DNA of 64,000 nt from Azolla caroliniana (GCA_043228905.1 JBHGNT010000012.1:2914001-2978000), one strand, 5' to 3'; positions 1 through 12,324 are shown, numbered from the stretch's first letter. Notes: generated by a model not told the origin, from the sequence alone. Translations and numbers: made by a program.

Positions 1-763
1 TGAGAATGTCATCCTACACTAAGACTTTACACCGCCACTTTACATGTCAAATAATGTACCATGTATCCAAAACCTCATTTACTAACCAAGCTCTATATTC
101 AACCAACTTATGGTATACATCGTTAGTGTGCACCACAAAAATTGATTGTCCAATACCAAATGACCAATCTTTCCATGGGTCCTCAACCATCAACTCAAGA
201 ATTAGGAAACTAATCTAGACAATGCCAATATTGATTGCCAAATATACCCATATCCACATGGTATATGAAACTTATTTCTGATTGCTTGAAAGGTCATCAT
301 TTTCCTACATGACTCTAAGATACCATCTTCCACAATTACCAAGCCCAGCCTTGCCATTCAATTGAACTATGTATTTAGACTTTCTTTTTCATCCCAACGT
401 AATATCCTTGAAGCTGCCAACACCTCTGTTACCAAGGGATTAATATCATTTCTACACTCAAGGGGCCTCCAATTAAACAATTTCAAACATCGCTACCAAG
501 AAAGCACTAATTGTTGAGCCATAATAAATTATGAACATTTAAATGCCCAGGTACTATTAACAACATGCAATTACGATGTTGTAATTCTGGTTTTCCCATG
601 GTATATACCAACCTTTTCCACAAAATAACTAATTATTTCTGCCCAAGGTTGGGTATTTATACACATACCTTTCAACTTATTGAATCTTCAAGCCATATGA
701 TCCTCCAAATTTAGTAATGCAACTCCCCCTAACCTTTATGGGGTACAAATATTGTTCCATGAT

Positions 764-1362
764 TGTTACTCCCTCCTGGAGGAAACATCGTGGATTAGTC
801 CTCCTGAGTAATCGGATCAAGGCATTGTGGTGCAAAGAAGAGTTGGGTCACGGCAACCTGCCGAAATTGTTATCTGAATCGTTACATGGTTTACGGAATT
901 CCATGTACCTGTGACACGTACAAACCGTTATTTAGACCTTCCCACTTGGATGGGGTACAACTGACAGAACAAGGGAAAGTATTCCACGAGATCGGCTACA
1001 ACTGATCCGGAAACACGACTCCTACACAAATAACACTTATATACCAGACTTAAAAGAAACAACACTTGAGTTGCTCGCAAGAAAGTATATTCGATTAAAG
1101 TACACACACACACATATACAAGTACCGATTTGATAACACACTCACTCTCTATCCCTCTATTCATGGCCTAGTGACTATCTCTCTCCTCTCCCTTTTTGGC
1201 TTTTGATCATTTGGTTTTTTATAGCCTTTACAATACCTGTTATGATACTCGACTGCCTTTATTCGGTTGTATGTGGTGCTTGGCTCCCTTTTCTCGTTTC
1301 ACACAGTGATTGACTCCCTTTGCTCTTTTCACACCTTGTCCCACCTATCTCACTAGGTAACA
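764..1362. mobile_element. Solo LTR (599 bp) inserted in the LINE
   Basis: Termini TGTTAC...GTAACA form a perfect 6-bp inverted pair. Perfect 5-bp TSD ATGAT at 759-763 and 1363-1367. No coding content. Confidence 0.85.
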
Positions 1363-1920
1363 ATGATACCCAACTCATACCAAATTTTTATTCTTTCTTC
1401 CACAATGTATATTTAAGTGAATGAGCTAATGGATCAAGTTATTTCTTTGTCCAAGGTAATAATGGCAAAAAATAAGAAATTATTGGAACCATTATAGCTT
1501 GTACCACTTTGAGACGAGTACTAAACGACCATGCTTGAGACTTCCAATACATAAATTTGTTTAAAATGGTCCCCGATATCCAGTTCAAACTTTGAGACAG
1601 TGAGATATCAACACTAATAGGGTAACCTAGGTGCCGACACACATTCCCTTGATCCAATATTTGGCCACACCATCCAAGATCAACTAGATCACTCTTCGTG
1701 CATCTAATGAGCATCAACTTCCGCATATGTATATGTAATCCTGATGCCAATGCGAACATTTTCCACACTCCATGGGTTTTGCTATATTATCAGGCTCCGC
1801 TTTGAGAAATAAAAACGAATCATCGGCCAATGCTTGAGCTATCAATTGTTTCCTTGACGGTAGAGCTAGTCCAACTATTTCCCCACATGTTGCTAACTCG
1901 TGCATCTTCACCAAAATCAG

Positions 1921-2204
1921 GTGTGTGGCAATTGCAAATAATAATAGACCCAATGGGCATCCTTGTCTAAGTGATATTTCCAATGATATCGCCTTAGTAA
2001 CTCCACCATTTAACATAATGTGTGACAATGCACCTAATCTCACAAACAATGAGATGCGAGTCGGGTGTGTAGCAATTGCAAATAATAATAGACTCAATGG
2101 GCATCCTTGTCTAAGTGATATTGCCAATGATATCGCCTTAGTAACTCCACCATTTAACATAATGTGTGACAATGCACCTAATCCCACCAACAATGAGATG
2201 CGAG
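1921..2204. repeat. 144-bp in-frame tandem duplication within the LINE RT
   Basis: gtgtgt(g/a)gcaattgcaaataataatagac starts at 1921 and 2065; the translation repeats a 48-aa unit containing RQGCPL. Confidence 0.9.
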
Positions 2205-2337
2205 ACATCCTTTCCCCAAAACCCATATGAGACATAAGTTGAGTAATGAAAGACCAACTTACATGATCATATGCCTTCTCAATATCTAGGTGTATCGTTA
2301 CAATTTGTTATTTTCTCTCTTTGTCTCTTTATCGTAA

Positions 2338-2400
2338 TTAGCTTACCCTAGTGGTAAATCGATAACACTACAAGCATCGTGTCTTGGGTTCGAAACCCAA
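2338..2400 (+). repeat. tRNA-derived (SINE head-like) sequence
   Basis: A-box-like tagtggtaa and B-box gggttcgaaaccc at tRNA-like spacing; no convincing full cloverleaf. Confidence 0.4.
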
Positions 2401-2459
2401 TTTTCTCACCTCTCTATTATATACTTCATATATATCTATATTTCACTAGATGCCACTAT

Positions 2460-2523
2460 GGAATGTAGGGGTTGAACCCATGACCACTTGATCTCCATTG
2501 GGCAACCTTACCAACTAAGCTAC
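2460..2523 (-). repeat. tRNA-derived (SINE head-like) sequence, opposite orientation
   Basis: Reverse complement reads gtagcttagttggtaagg...catgggttcaacccc, giving an A box (TAGCTTAGTTGG) and a B-box-like motif. Confidence 0.45.
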
Positions 2524-2619
2524 ATCCATATGGACTCTCTCTCTCTCTCTCTTTGGTGAAAACACACAATCAATGAATAGAATAGAAACTTTATAGTCCA
2601 TGGATGAGGCCAAATTTGA

Positions 2620-3960
2620 CCTATGGGACCAAAACAATACACCATCTTGTATGTGACTCCTTCCTAAGAAGGGGGGTTACTACTCGGTAGTAAAAGCTCT
2701 TCATGTGAAAATAATGCACGTAAATATGTGCTCACCCTTCACAATTGAAAATTGAATATGACACTCACATTATCATGGTGGTTTAATAAATCATCATATT
2801 TCTCACGAATTATCTTATACATTGAGCATGCGATAAATAAGTGATATTCATCGTCCACCAGGTTTTTGTTACATACCTTGCATATCTTCATGTTTGGATC
2901 AGTGCCATGATGCTACGTCAATGCCTAACTCGTGTGAGGGAGTTCGAGTAAGTGTTAAGGCTCCTTGAGAGCCAAGTCTCATGGATGTAGCGAGATGTGC
3001 TTGGATATGTTTGAGCATTTTTTCTTTCTATTGGGGGTTAATATTTGCAATGTGAAATTCCAATATTGACATCTTAACATAATGTCACTCATACTTAGTG
3101 CCTCTAATAATCTATCATCAATTATCAAATTCGTCATAGAACCACATGAGAGCACGAAAAGATATTTATTCCCCATCTCTTAAACCATTTCATAATGTCA
3201 ATCCCCCAATCATATGAGAGGATTTTGCTCTTAATAGTTTTTTGTACTTTGCATCCCATGTTCCACGATGTTTGGACAATCTACGATCAAGCATATTCTT
3301 GCCTTTTGTGATACACTTGTTTGGGCTGGTAGAATGATGGGATAGGATGTTGAGGATTTTACCCCTAATTGGCTACATATGAACATTTTTTGTATTTTCT
3401 CTATTTCACTCAATGCACTATGCGAGATAGTGCCACCCTATGCTTTCACTATAACATCAACCTCACTTCCAAGTTCCCATCCTTGAGTATCACTTTGGTT
3501 GCATTGATTCTTGAACATATAATAACTATTCCAACCTTCTTGAAGTCGAGACTCATAGAATACATTCCACCTATTCGTTGACGGGACATTAATACCAAGA
3601 TATTTAAAGCTTTACACCACTTGTGTTGGTTCTCCCTTGTATGTAAATGTTAGCAGTGTCTTGGTTGTATTGCCTTTATTGCCATCATTTTTGTTATGTC
3701 CACATTAACAATTAGCCCACTAATTTGACAAAATGTGTCCAATACATCAAGTAAGTGTTGTACAGTATCAAAATTGTACGAGAATAAATCAATATCATTA
3801 GCATCTTCTTTCACCTCACCCTTCTTCAATATTGATACAATGTTAGCTCTTTCTCATTTTTGTCTTTTGCAAGCTTGAACATTTTGAGATGAGCCTTGCA
3901 TTCTTCATCAAACCAAACATTCAATGTCCACGTACACCATGCATGAAAATATTGAAATCC
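2620..3960 (-). mobile_element. Decayed RTEX/L2-like LINE ORF2 3' part
   Basis: Hand translation gives a YADD-region remnant (DANDIDLFSYNFDTVQHLLDVLDTFCQISGLIVNVDITKMM), KIQKMFICSQLGVKSST, and a C-terminal Zn finger (SHELGIDVASW...KICKVCNKNLVDDEYHLFIACSMY). Confidence 0.7.
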
Positions 3961-4164
3961 TACCTTGAGAATAACATCCTTCAATTGCTCCCAAATTGTT
4001 TTCACATCTTTAATATGGTAGAGGTTCTTGACATTAGTCTCAACCTCATTTGCATATAGATTAGATTTTCCATAGCAAGGCCATATAATATACCTCTTTT
4101 CCTTTTCATATTGTAATGCATGAGTTTTTTTGTCGCAATATGCAAACATAAGGGACAATGGACC

Positions 4165-4552
4165 TGTAAAAGATAATGTGCGGAAGCTAAGACAAAACCA
4201 GCTAGTCCGGATAACAGCAAAACACATAACGGAGGTTTAATGGAAAGCTTGAATACACGAGAGAGACAGAGAGAGCAGAATAGTAAAAACTCAATCCAAA
4301 ATAATACACTCTATACATACAAATGTCCTACAGAACACCTTTTATACAAGTCCTTAAAAGAACTGACAAAAGTATTGACAAGTACTTCAATGCTCATACG
4401 AGCGACTAACACTAACTCCAAGGAATCTGCCCACGTACTAGGCTAAGATTGTAGACTTCTAACTGCCTACCGGTTACAATCCAATTCGGTTCTTCGTTTC
4501 AGTTCTAGTTTATTCAATCTATCCGGATCCGGTTGACCTTGTCCGCTCAACA
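4165..4552 (-). repeat. 3' LTR of Copia E
   Basis: TGTAAAAG...CTCAACA, directly adjacent to the minus-strand PPT CTTGAGGGGGAG (4553-4564); about 250 bp are shared with 38836-39087. Confidence 0.75.
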
Positions 4553-4646
4553 CTCCCCCTCAAGCTCAACTTGAGGTCGGATCGTGGTGTCAGTGTTTGC
4601 CGGTCCTTCCCTCCGGCTCCTCTTGATGTCTTCCCACCTTGCTTGT

Positions 4647-5228
4647 TGTCGTGAAGAAAACCGGCCATAGGCGGAATCGGAGAGAAAGTGCATAAACCGG
4701 CTCTTACACGGATGGACGCGTGACTTGATATTTTGTACACGGATCGGTGGATGTAAATACTAAGCAACACACATTTATTAGGGGATTGTGCGTATCTCTG
4801 TCAGGGGGGGGGGGGACAGGGAATAAAGCGAATTGACAGGAGGATGGGGATAAAAAGGAGAAGAGAGAGGGGAGAAAGGGTATCGCGTGCTAGGGAGGAC
4901 GAAGTGCTGCTGCAAATCTGAGTGCCGAGCTCTCTCTTCTCCTCCGGTCGTCGGTCTCTGTGGGTTGGGAGTTCACCGCCTCTGCTTCGTGGACAACCCG
5001 TGCGCTTCCAGTAGAGGCTCTCCCCCTTTGTTTTGTTTCTGGGAGTCAAGCGTGTGTTATCTGTGTGTGTGAGTAGGATCCCCGTGTCGGGTCCATCGCC
5101 GCCTTGTCGGTTGTAACTGTTAGAGTCGTATTCTCTTGTTCTTGTATTCTCTTGTTCTTGTAATCTCTTGTTACTGAAATCAAGTGATATGTTCCATATC
5201 TCGCCTTCTCGCTCCGCGTATCTACAAA

Positions 5229-5276
<48 letters not shown>

Positions 5277-5330
5277 TCGCTCGCTCCTCGGTTCAAGACC
5301 CCCGTGGTCCCGCCCCTTTCTCCACGCATA
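4647..5330 (+). repeat. 5' LTR of gypsy A
   Basis: Near-identical to 12394-13067; contains a poly-G run and (CT)n. Its 3' end differs from the 3' LTR by small indels. Confidence 0.9.
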
Positions 5331-5332
5331 TT

Positions 5333-5350
5333 TGGTGAACCCGACGTGAA
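5333..5350 (+). promoter_or_regulatory. Primer-binding site of gypsy A, complementary to the tRNA-Trp 3' end
   Basis: TGGTGAACCCGACGTGAA is the reverse complement of the plant tRNA-Trp 3' end ...TTCACGTCGGGTTCACCA (recalled sequence). Confidence 0.75.
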
Positions 5351-5373
5351 CGGGGCGGCAGAGGAGTCCAAAG

Positions 5374-7509
5374 ATGAGGGGATCAGAGCTAGCAGAGGCA
5401 ATGGCGGTAGCCGTCGACCAGCTGGTGAGCGCTTGTGAAGGGACGGGTACCCTCGACAGAGCCATTGAATCGATCGTCGGCTCTATAGGCCGCTTTGGAG
5501 GGAAAGACGCCACAAGTTATTTGGAGGCTTACCGGGCTGAAATGATCATGAGGGATATCCCGGTGGACAGGCGGCTGTCCGGATTCCCTCGGGTGGTGAC
5601 GCTGGGCATCCACGCGGAGGTGCTCGAGGTGCTGGCCGGATGCCAGACTAGGGAGGAGTTTGAGCTGCAGCTCCTCGAGAAGTACGGGTTTGACGACTCG
5701 CTTCGGCTGTCGAGGCGAGACATCATGGCGTGGGTGGAAAGCCCCGGGAAGGGGAGGAACACGTCAGTGCTCCTCCAAGAGTTCGAATAACGGTTCGCGC
5801 GGCTGTCGACGCTGGACCGGACGGTGCTCGAAACTAGTCGAGTACTACTGTTTGTCAAGTCGGTGGACGCGCTCGACAGGGAAAAGGTGGGTCCCCTATT
5901 GGAAACGGATGAAGGGCTCACGACTGACTGGGCCGTGGTAAAATGGGTCTGCAGCCATATCGACAAACGACGCGATTGGAGCGATGGAAGCTCGTCGGGG
6001 TCAGTGCCGGTCCCGGGGAGGAGGCTCGAGGAGCCGGTATCAGTGCCAGCCGGTAGGAAGGAAGAGACCAGAATCTGGCCAGACTCGGGGGCGGCATCGA
6101 ACGACGTGGTCAGAGGACCATCCGGAGGAGCGGCTCTGGAAGAGCTGACGTAGATGGTGTGCGACCTATAGATCGCACAGGCCCAGAGAGACAACAACAA
6201 ACAACCTCGTGATCGGAGGCCGCCAGCTGGGAAACGATGCATGTGGTGTGACGCGATCGGTCACATTCGAAAGGATTGCGCGGATTTCGCCGACACGCTC
6301 AGGACCAACGTGGTGTACCTCTGGAACGGGCGGGTGCACGTGAGTGAGACCCGGAGAGCCCTAGAACTGAATACGGGGCGCGGCGGAATGAAGAGGTTGA
6401 TGGAAGAGGGCGCGGCACGGCACGTCGAAGCCGTCAACTACTCGGTGTCGGCAGGAATTCGGGTCGGGGGTGATGAGACCCGGAAGGCGAACGACTCCGG
6501 ATTCTAGCCGCTAGTGCTAGAAGGCCTCTCCGGAGTTCGGCTGAAGAAGGAAGAGGCGGACCGTGCGGAACAGCAGGTCTAGGAGGTCACCGGTTGGGAC
6601 GATCGGGTCGAAGAGAAAACGGGCTTCGTAGAAGCCGCTTGCCAGAACTACGAGGTTCTGGTGGAGGACAAACGGGGAGGAAAGGCTAGAGGGGTCGGGC
6701 CCCCGCAAAGGTATGAGACCCGGTTCGGACCGAAACCGACCGGTGCCGGCAACCCAGGTGCGCCGGACGAGAAGAAGCATGCAGGGTTTCAGTTGAGCAC
6801 CGAGATCGAAAGAACCACAGACCTGCGAAAGGTCCTGGAGGAACGTATCCTCGACAGCAAAGTGGAGCTGTCATTGCGGGAGGTGTTGGAAATCACCAAG
6901 AGGGAGTTCAACGACTCTATTGTAGACTTGGTGAAGCGGAAAAGGCTCTCGATGGAGCCAAAACCGGAGAAGCCGGTGGAGGTGCGGACCACGCACCTGG
7001 AAGACGAAGCCCTAGAAGATGAGCTGGTGGGAAGCCACCACACGAAGCCACATTAGGCCAGGGCAACGACGGAAACCCTTGTACGGATCGGCAACGTTCT
7101 GGAACCGGTGGTGGCGTTGGTAGACCATGGATCCGAAATCAACCTGATGTCCATGGATTTCTACAAGAAGGGTAAATGGCCGATCAACACCAAGCACGGC
7201 TGGAAGATATGGGCAGCGACGCGCGCCACGGAAGAACTACATGGGGCATGTCCGAACGTACGAGTGAAAATCGGCGATGTCGAGATCGACCAACACTTCT
7301 TCGTGCAAGAGACGTCCTCGCATCCGGTTATACTAGGAGAGCCATATATCACGGCGGCACGGATGGAGACCAAGGTGTTGGACAACGGTTCAGCGTATGC
7401 AAGAGTCAAGAGCCAGGACGGGCATCACTCGGTCTAGTTCCTAACGGTGCGACCAAACCATGAGTGTAACTGTGAGGCCCTCGGTGGAGAAACCCGAGAG
7501 GATTTTTAG
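5374..7509 (+). pseudogene. gag-protease ORF of gypsy A with premature stops
   Basis: Same-frame ORFs 5374, 5824, 6241, 6661, 7108; Zn knuckle CMWCDAIGHIRKDC; protease ALVDHGSEINLMS...VILGEPY; ends GAT TTT TAG at 7509. Confidence 0.85.
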
Positions 7510-10500
7510 AGAGGGCTATCAAGGCGTGGGGCCACGATAGTCCGGACACCCGGGAAGAACCCCACAAATGTACAGTACGGAAGAAGACCTGTACCATAGG
7601 TAGGAAATTTTGGTTCTCCGACAACAGAGGTTGTACTATGACCGACATCGGCGGCCGGGAGAGGAAGCGAGCGGAGGAGCGGCTCAGGGGTTGCGGAGTC
7701 CTCTTCCCCGACGAAGACATCAGCGGCGCCGTGGAGGCGGTCTCTTTTGACGAAACCTTGGGCGAACTGCAAAAGGAATGTACGAAGTCATCGCGGACTT
7801 CAGGGAAAGGATCAGGTCGGATCGGATGGCCCACGTGGATACAAAGTACAAGACTATGGACCGGAAGGTGAGGCCAGTCGCGGCACCCTTGCCGGAGGGC
7901 AGCGAGAAGCAGATAAAAGGGGTCGCATCAGACCCAAGTTTACGGAATTCGGCCGACATAGGGCACCGGTTCACCGACATAACGCTACGGGAGCTCAAGA
8001 TCGGTGGGGGCGGCTTTCTACTGCCGGCGGAGGAGGACCGGTTTCGGAGAATGCTCGGGAGGCACGGGAAGGCTTTTGCATTCTCACCGGAGCAGATCGG
8101 GTGCGTAGACCCGACAATTGTCGAACCGATGGTGATCTTCACGGAACCGCATGTACCATGGAACCTCAAGCTGATTCCGGTGCCGAGAGCTCACATCCCG
8201 AAGTTGATGGAGCTCCTGAAGCAAAAGGTGGAGATGGGCATCCTCGAATCGTCGAGTGCCCCGTATTTGAATCGGTGGTTTACGGTGCCGAAGAAGAACG
8301 GCACGCTACACTTCATTCAGGACCTGCAACCGGTCAACAAGGTGACCATTCGTAATGCAGGAATCGGACCGACCATAGACGAGTTCGCGGAGGCCTTTGC
8401 TGGAAGGTCGATCTATTCTGTCGGTGATCTGTACTCGGGGTACGATCAGTTCCAACTAGCCGTGGAGAGCAGAGACATTACGACGATGCGGACTCCTCTC
8501 GGCCTAGTGTGGATGTGTACCTTGCCACAAGGAGGGACGAACTCAGTGGCTCACATGGTGAACGCGATGAACAAGGTGCTCGGGGATTGAATCCCGGACA
8601 TCACCATGCCATTCTTAGACGACATCCCGATCAAGGGATGCCCGGTGGAGAAAAAGGACGAGGCAATTGGGTCGGACGGATGTCGGAATTTCGTGGCGTC
8701 CCACATCGATGACTACGAGAAGGTGCTGCAGAGACTAGAAGGCGCGAGGCTCACCTTCTCCGGGGAAAAGTCAGCCTTCGGGCAATCAGAGATCATGGTC
8801 GTCGGGCACCTGTGCGGACCATACGGTTGGAAACCGTCTCCGGCCAAGGTAGAAGCCATCTCCGCGATGAAGCATGACTGCAATTCGGTCACGGAGGTCC
8901 GCAGATTTTTGGGAGCATGCGCGTTCTACCACATCTGGATCCCGCACTACGCACATGTCGCGAAACCCCTCTATGGACTATTGATAAAGGGGTGTAGCTT
9001 TGAGTGGAGAACGGAGCACACGGAGTCCGTACGGAGACTAAAGGAGGCAATTACGGTAGCATTGGCTCTCCGTAAAGCAGTTTACGGCAAGGATGTTCCC
9101 ATCTGTGTGACAGTGGACACCAGCCCGACCAGGATTGGATGGGTAATCAGTCAAGAGGACAAGGACGACGTACGATTCTCGATCCGGTTCGGGGCGAAGG
9201 TATTGAGCAAGCGGCAACGATGATACGCCCAAGTTAAGCGCGAACTTTGGGGCGTCGTTTCGGCAATCAAGGCCGACAAGGATTATTTGATCGGGACAGA
9301 GGTGATCATCGAGACAGACTGCCTGCCGATACTCGGCATGGTTTCCGGATGCGCGACGCCGGACCTAGCAATGCTCCAATGGATAACGTACATTAAGTCC
9401 CTGAACCCGAAGATACGACACATCTCCGGAAAGGACAACGCCATGGCCGACATGCTTTCGAGGGCAAGGTTCAACAACGAAGACGACATGGTTTTGGATG
9501 ACGAAGAAGTCGGCGAGGACTTCTTCGGGTTGGCTAACATAACGACGAGGGAAGGGAACACTCCGACGCTTAACGAATTTAATGAAAGCAAGTACGACGG
9601 GGAGTGGCTCCAAATCGGGAGGTTCCTACGGACGATGGCGCCGGACGCAACATGGGCGAGAGAGGAGGCGAGCCGGATACGGAAGAAGGCGTACCGATTC
9701 TTCCTGCGGGACAGGTGCATATGGAGGCACCCTAAGAAGAGAAGCGACATCCCACTCCAAGTAGTGGCAAAGAAAGAAGAACAGGGGGGACTACTGGCGG
9801 CATTTCACGAGAGCCCCTGGGCTGGACACCGCGGAACGTGGGCCACATTCGAGAAGCTAAAGGAGAAGTACCGATGGCCGGGGCTGTACCAGGATGTGCA
9901 TCGGTTCGTAACGATGTTGTGTGGTTTTTCACACATAATATGAAAACTAGTAAAATAATTATTTAAGATTAGCTTAATGTATTCATATAGATAGGCGTCT
10001 TCAAGAGTTTCATAGCGTATTTTACTACGCATGAAACGGATAAACAAGTATTAAGCTATGTGAGTATGAAGTTTGAAGAGTTTCATAGCGTACTTTATTA
10101 CGCATAAAACGGATAAACAAGTACCAAGTTATGTGAGTGTGAAGTTTGAAGAAAAGAAAAGACAAGACAAAACTGTGGGATGTCCCACATAGATAGGACA
10201 ACATTGGACCCAGAATATATAAGGGAAACCAAAACATATTCATTCTATCAATGTGTGGATCATAGAGTGTTCAAGGTGACTTGGGCTACACTATGTGGTG
10301 TGCACGCTTCTAGCATATGCATGTATGCACGAAATGCTTCGAGTGTATGCGTGTGTGCATGGCCGCGTGGATGTTTTTGGACGTACGCGCGCATGGATGT
10401 CTTTGGATGTACGTGCGTGTGCAAGTTTTCGGCGTACGCGTGGACGTTTCAGACGGACGTGTATGTGCGGACGCGTGTGTGCGCACGCGGACACATACAC

Positions 10501-12324
10501 GGTGCGGTTGAGACTTTTGCACGCGGATGCGTACATGGTGCATGTTGGACGCGTGCGCGCGCGGATGCGTACACTACGGCGCGGTCGGGACGCGCGCATG
10601 CGTGGATGCGTACACTACTACGCGGTCAGGACTTTTGCGCGCGGACGCGTGTACGGTTTGGTTGCAATGCACGTACGGATACGCACGGGCTAAACTTTAT
10701 GGATGATTGTGTCATTTGGCCGAATTATACGGACAATCGCATGCAACCAAAAGCCAAGGCCATGCAACTAAAAGTAAAAGGCATGCATCTAAAAATGGAA
10801 GCATGCAACTAAAAATAGAGGTCATCCAACTAAAAGTGGGCATGCAAAGTAACATTGGGGAGGAGGATCAACGAGGAGTTGGATATATGTCCCATTTTTT
10901 CCCTCCTAGTTTTTTCTTGGGCCCTTCTTTCGTCTTCCCTCTCGGATTCGAGAAACAATTTATCTCACATATTGATATCAAACTCCTAGCTTTGTTTACC
11001 TGATCTTTCTTGTCAAAAATTATCTCTCGTATTCATATCGGACCACTCCTTGCATGGTTGTTGGCTCCTTTCTTTGAAAAATTAATCTCTCATTTCCATA
11101 CCCAACCCATTATAACACGATTCTGAAATTATAAAGAATCGATTTTCTTTTGCAATAAAGGAATGATTTGTCTCTCCCACTTGTCTTATGCTTAAAACTT
11201 GCTTGTGTTGTACGTGTTGCACTAAATCCTTCTAGTCCAGAACCCCAGCGGTTCCATCTCACGATCCGCACATAGTGACGGATTTTCACGACAACAACTT
11301 GCGAAAGCTGTCAGATGCACTCCGTATCCGACACCGGGATGAGCTATACCCGACTTACCCGCCTACGGTACATTTCAAGTGGATGGTAGACTTGGTGACG
11401 ATGCCGATGGGGGTAGGACAGATGCGATACCTGGTGCTTGCACGAGAAGACTTAACGAACCAGGTGGAAGGCCGTGCACTGCAAGGCAAGACAACCGCGG
11501 CGGTATGCCGGTTCCTGATCGAAGAAGTAGTGTGTCGGTACGGGTGCGTCGGGAGGATCGTGGCGGACCGGGGAGAGCTGGATGCGCGGGAAGTTGAGGA
11601 GTTGTTCGACCGGCTAGGCGTCAAACTCTCCCTCACTACAACGTACAATCCGGAGGCGAACAGAAAGGTAGAACGGGGGCACAGGCCTATCGTAAAGGCG
11701 TTGGTGCGTGCATGCGGAGGACAGGTCGGGAATTGGCCGCGACTCCTTCCTTACGCACTATGGGCGGACCAAACTACGCACAGTTCGGTGACAGGGTTTA
11801 TGCCGGTAGAGCTGATGTACGGACAGAAGCCGATCATGCCGGTGGAACGGATGGTTTCTTCATGGGCGGCAGTAGATTGGAAGGACGAAATGAGCCAGGA
11901 GGAGTTGTTGGCGGCGTGGATTCGGCAACTCGAGCGGAGGCCGGAGGACGTGATACAGGCGAAGGAAAAGCTGCGAGCGGCAAGGGAGCGGAACAAGACC
12001 CGGTTCAACCGGACGCACCGGTTGCGACCAAAGAAGATCGAGGAAGGCGACTGGGTCTTGGTATACGACAGCAACCTTGACAATCAGCACAAGGCGGTGT
12101 GAAAGTTCGCTAGGAGATGGTTCGGGCCCTACACGGTGACGAGCGCGAACGACAACGGCGCGTACCACCTCGCGGAACTCGACTGGACACGGTTAGCGGT
12201 GTCGGTGGCCAGAAAGCGGATCAAAGCGTTCAAAAAGCGGTTCGAAGACGAGCCAGAGCCTGCGAGCGGGAGCGACAACGACGATCAGTTCGGGTCCGGC
12301 GGAGAATCAGAGAGCAATGAGTGA
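7506..12324 (+). pseudogene. pol (RT-RNase H-integrase) of gypsy A, split by the solo LTR at 9915-11293
   Basis: RT motifs RWFTVPKKNG, DLYSGYDQ, LPQGGTNS, FLDDI; RH motifs VDTSP, IETDC, NAMADMLSR; integrase HESPWAGH/CESC, VDLVTMP, ADRGE, YNPEANRKVERGH, GPY. Confidence 0.9.
9915..11293 (-). mobile_element. Solo LTR (1379 bp) inserted in the integrase Zn finger of gypsy A
   Basis: Termini TGTTGTG...CACGACA; 4-bp TSD ACGA (9911-9914)/ACAA (11294-11297). Removing it restores HRFVTTCESCQMH. The reverse-complement start TGTCGTGAAAA resembles A's LTR start, hence the minus orientation. Confidence 0.8.

Larger units (their letters stand above)
1..2300 (-). mobile_element. Decayed L1/Tx1-clade LINE ORF2 (RT and downstream region), interrupted by a solo LTR
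   Basis: Minus-strand translations show LDIEKAYDHVSW, RQGCPLS, ALADDSFLF, HLGYPI and FMYWKSQAWSFSTRLKVVQAIM (ORFs 1714..2235, 1439..1768), with frameshifts and stops. Confidence 0.85.

Noticed and set aside
2338-2523. Functional tRNA genes
   Set aside because: No consistent acceptor or anticodon stems could be built; kept only as tRNA-derived repeats.
10180-10812. 210-aa Cys/Arg/Ala-rich ORF and overlapping ORFs
   Set aside because: Product of the alternating purine-pyrimidine tract inside a solo LTR; no domain signal.
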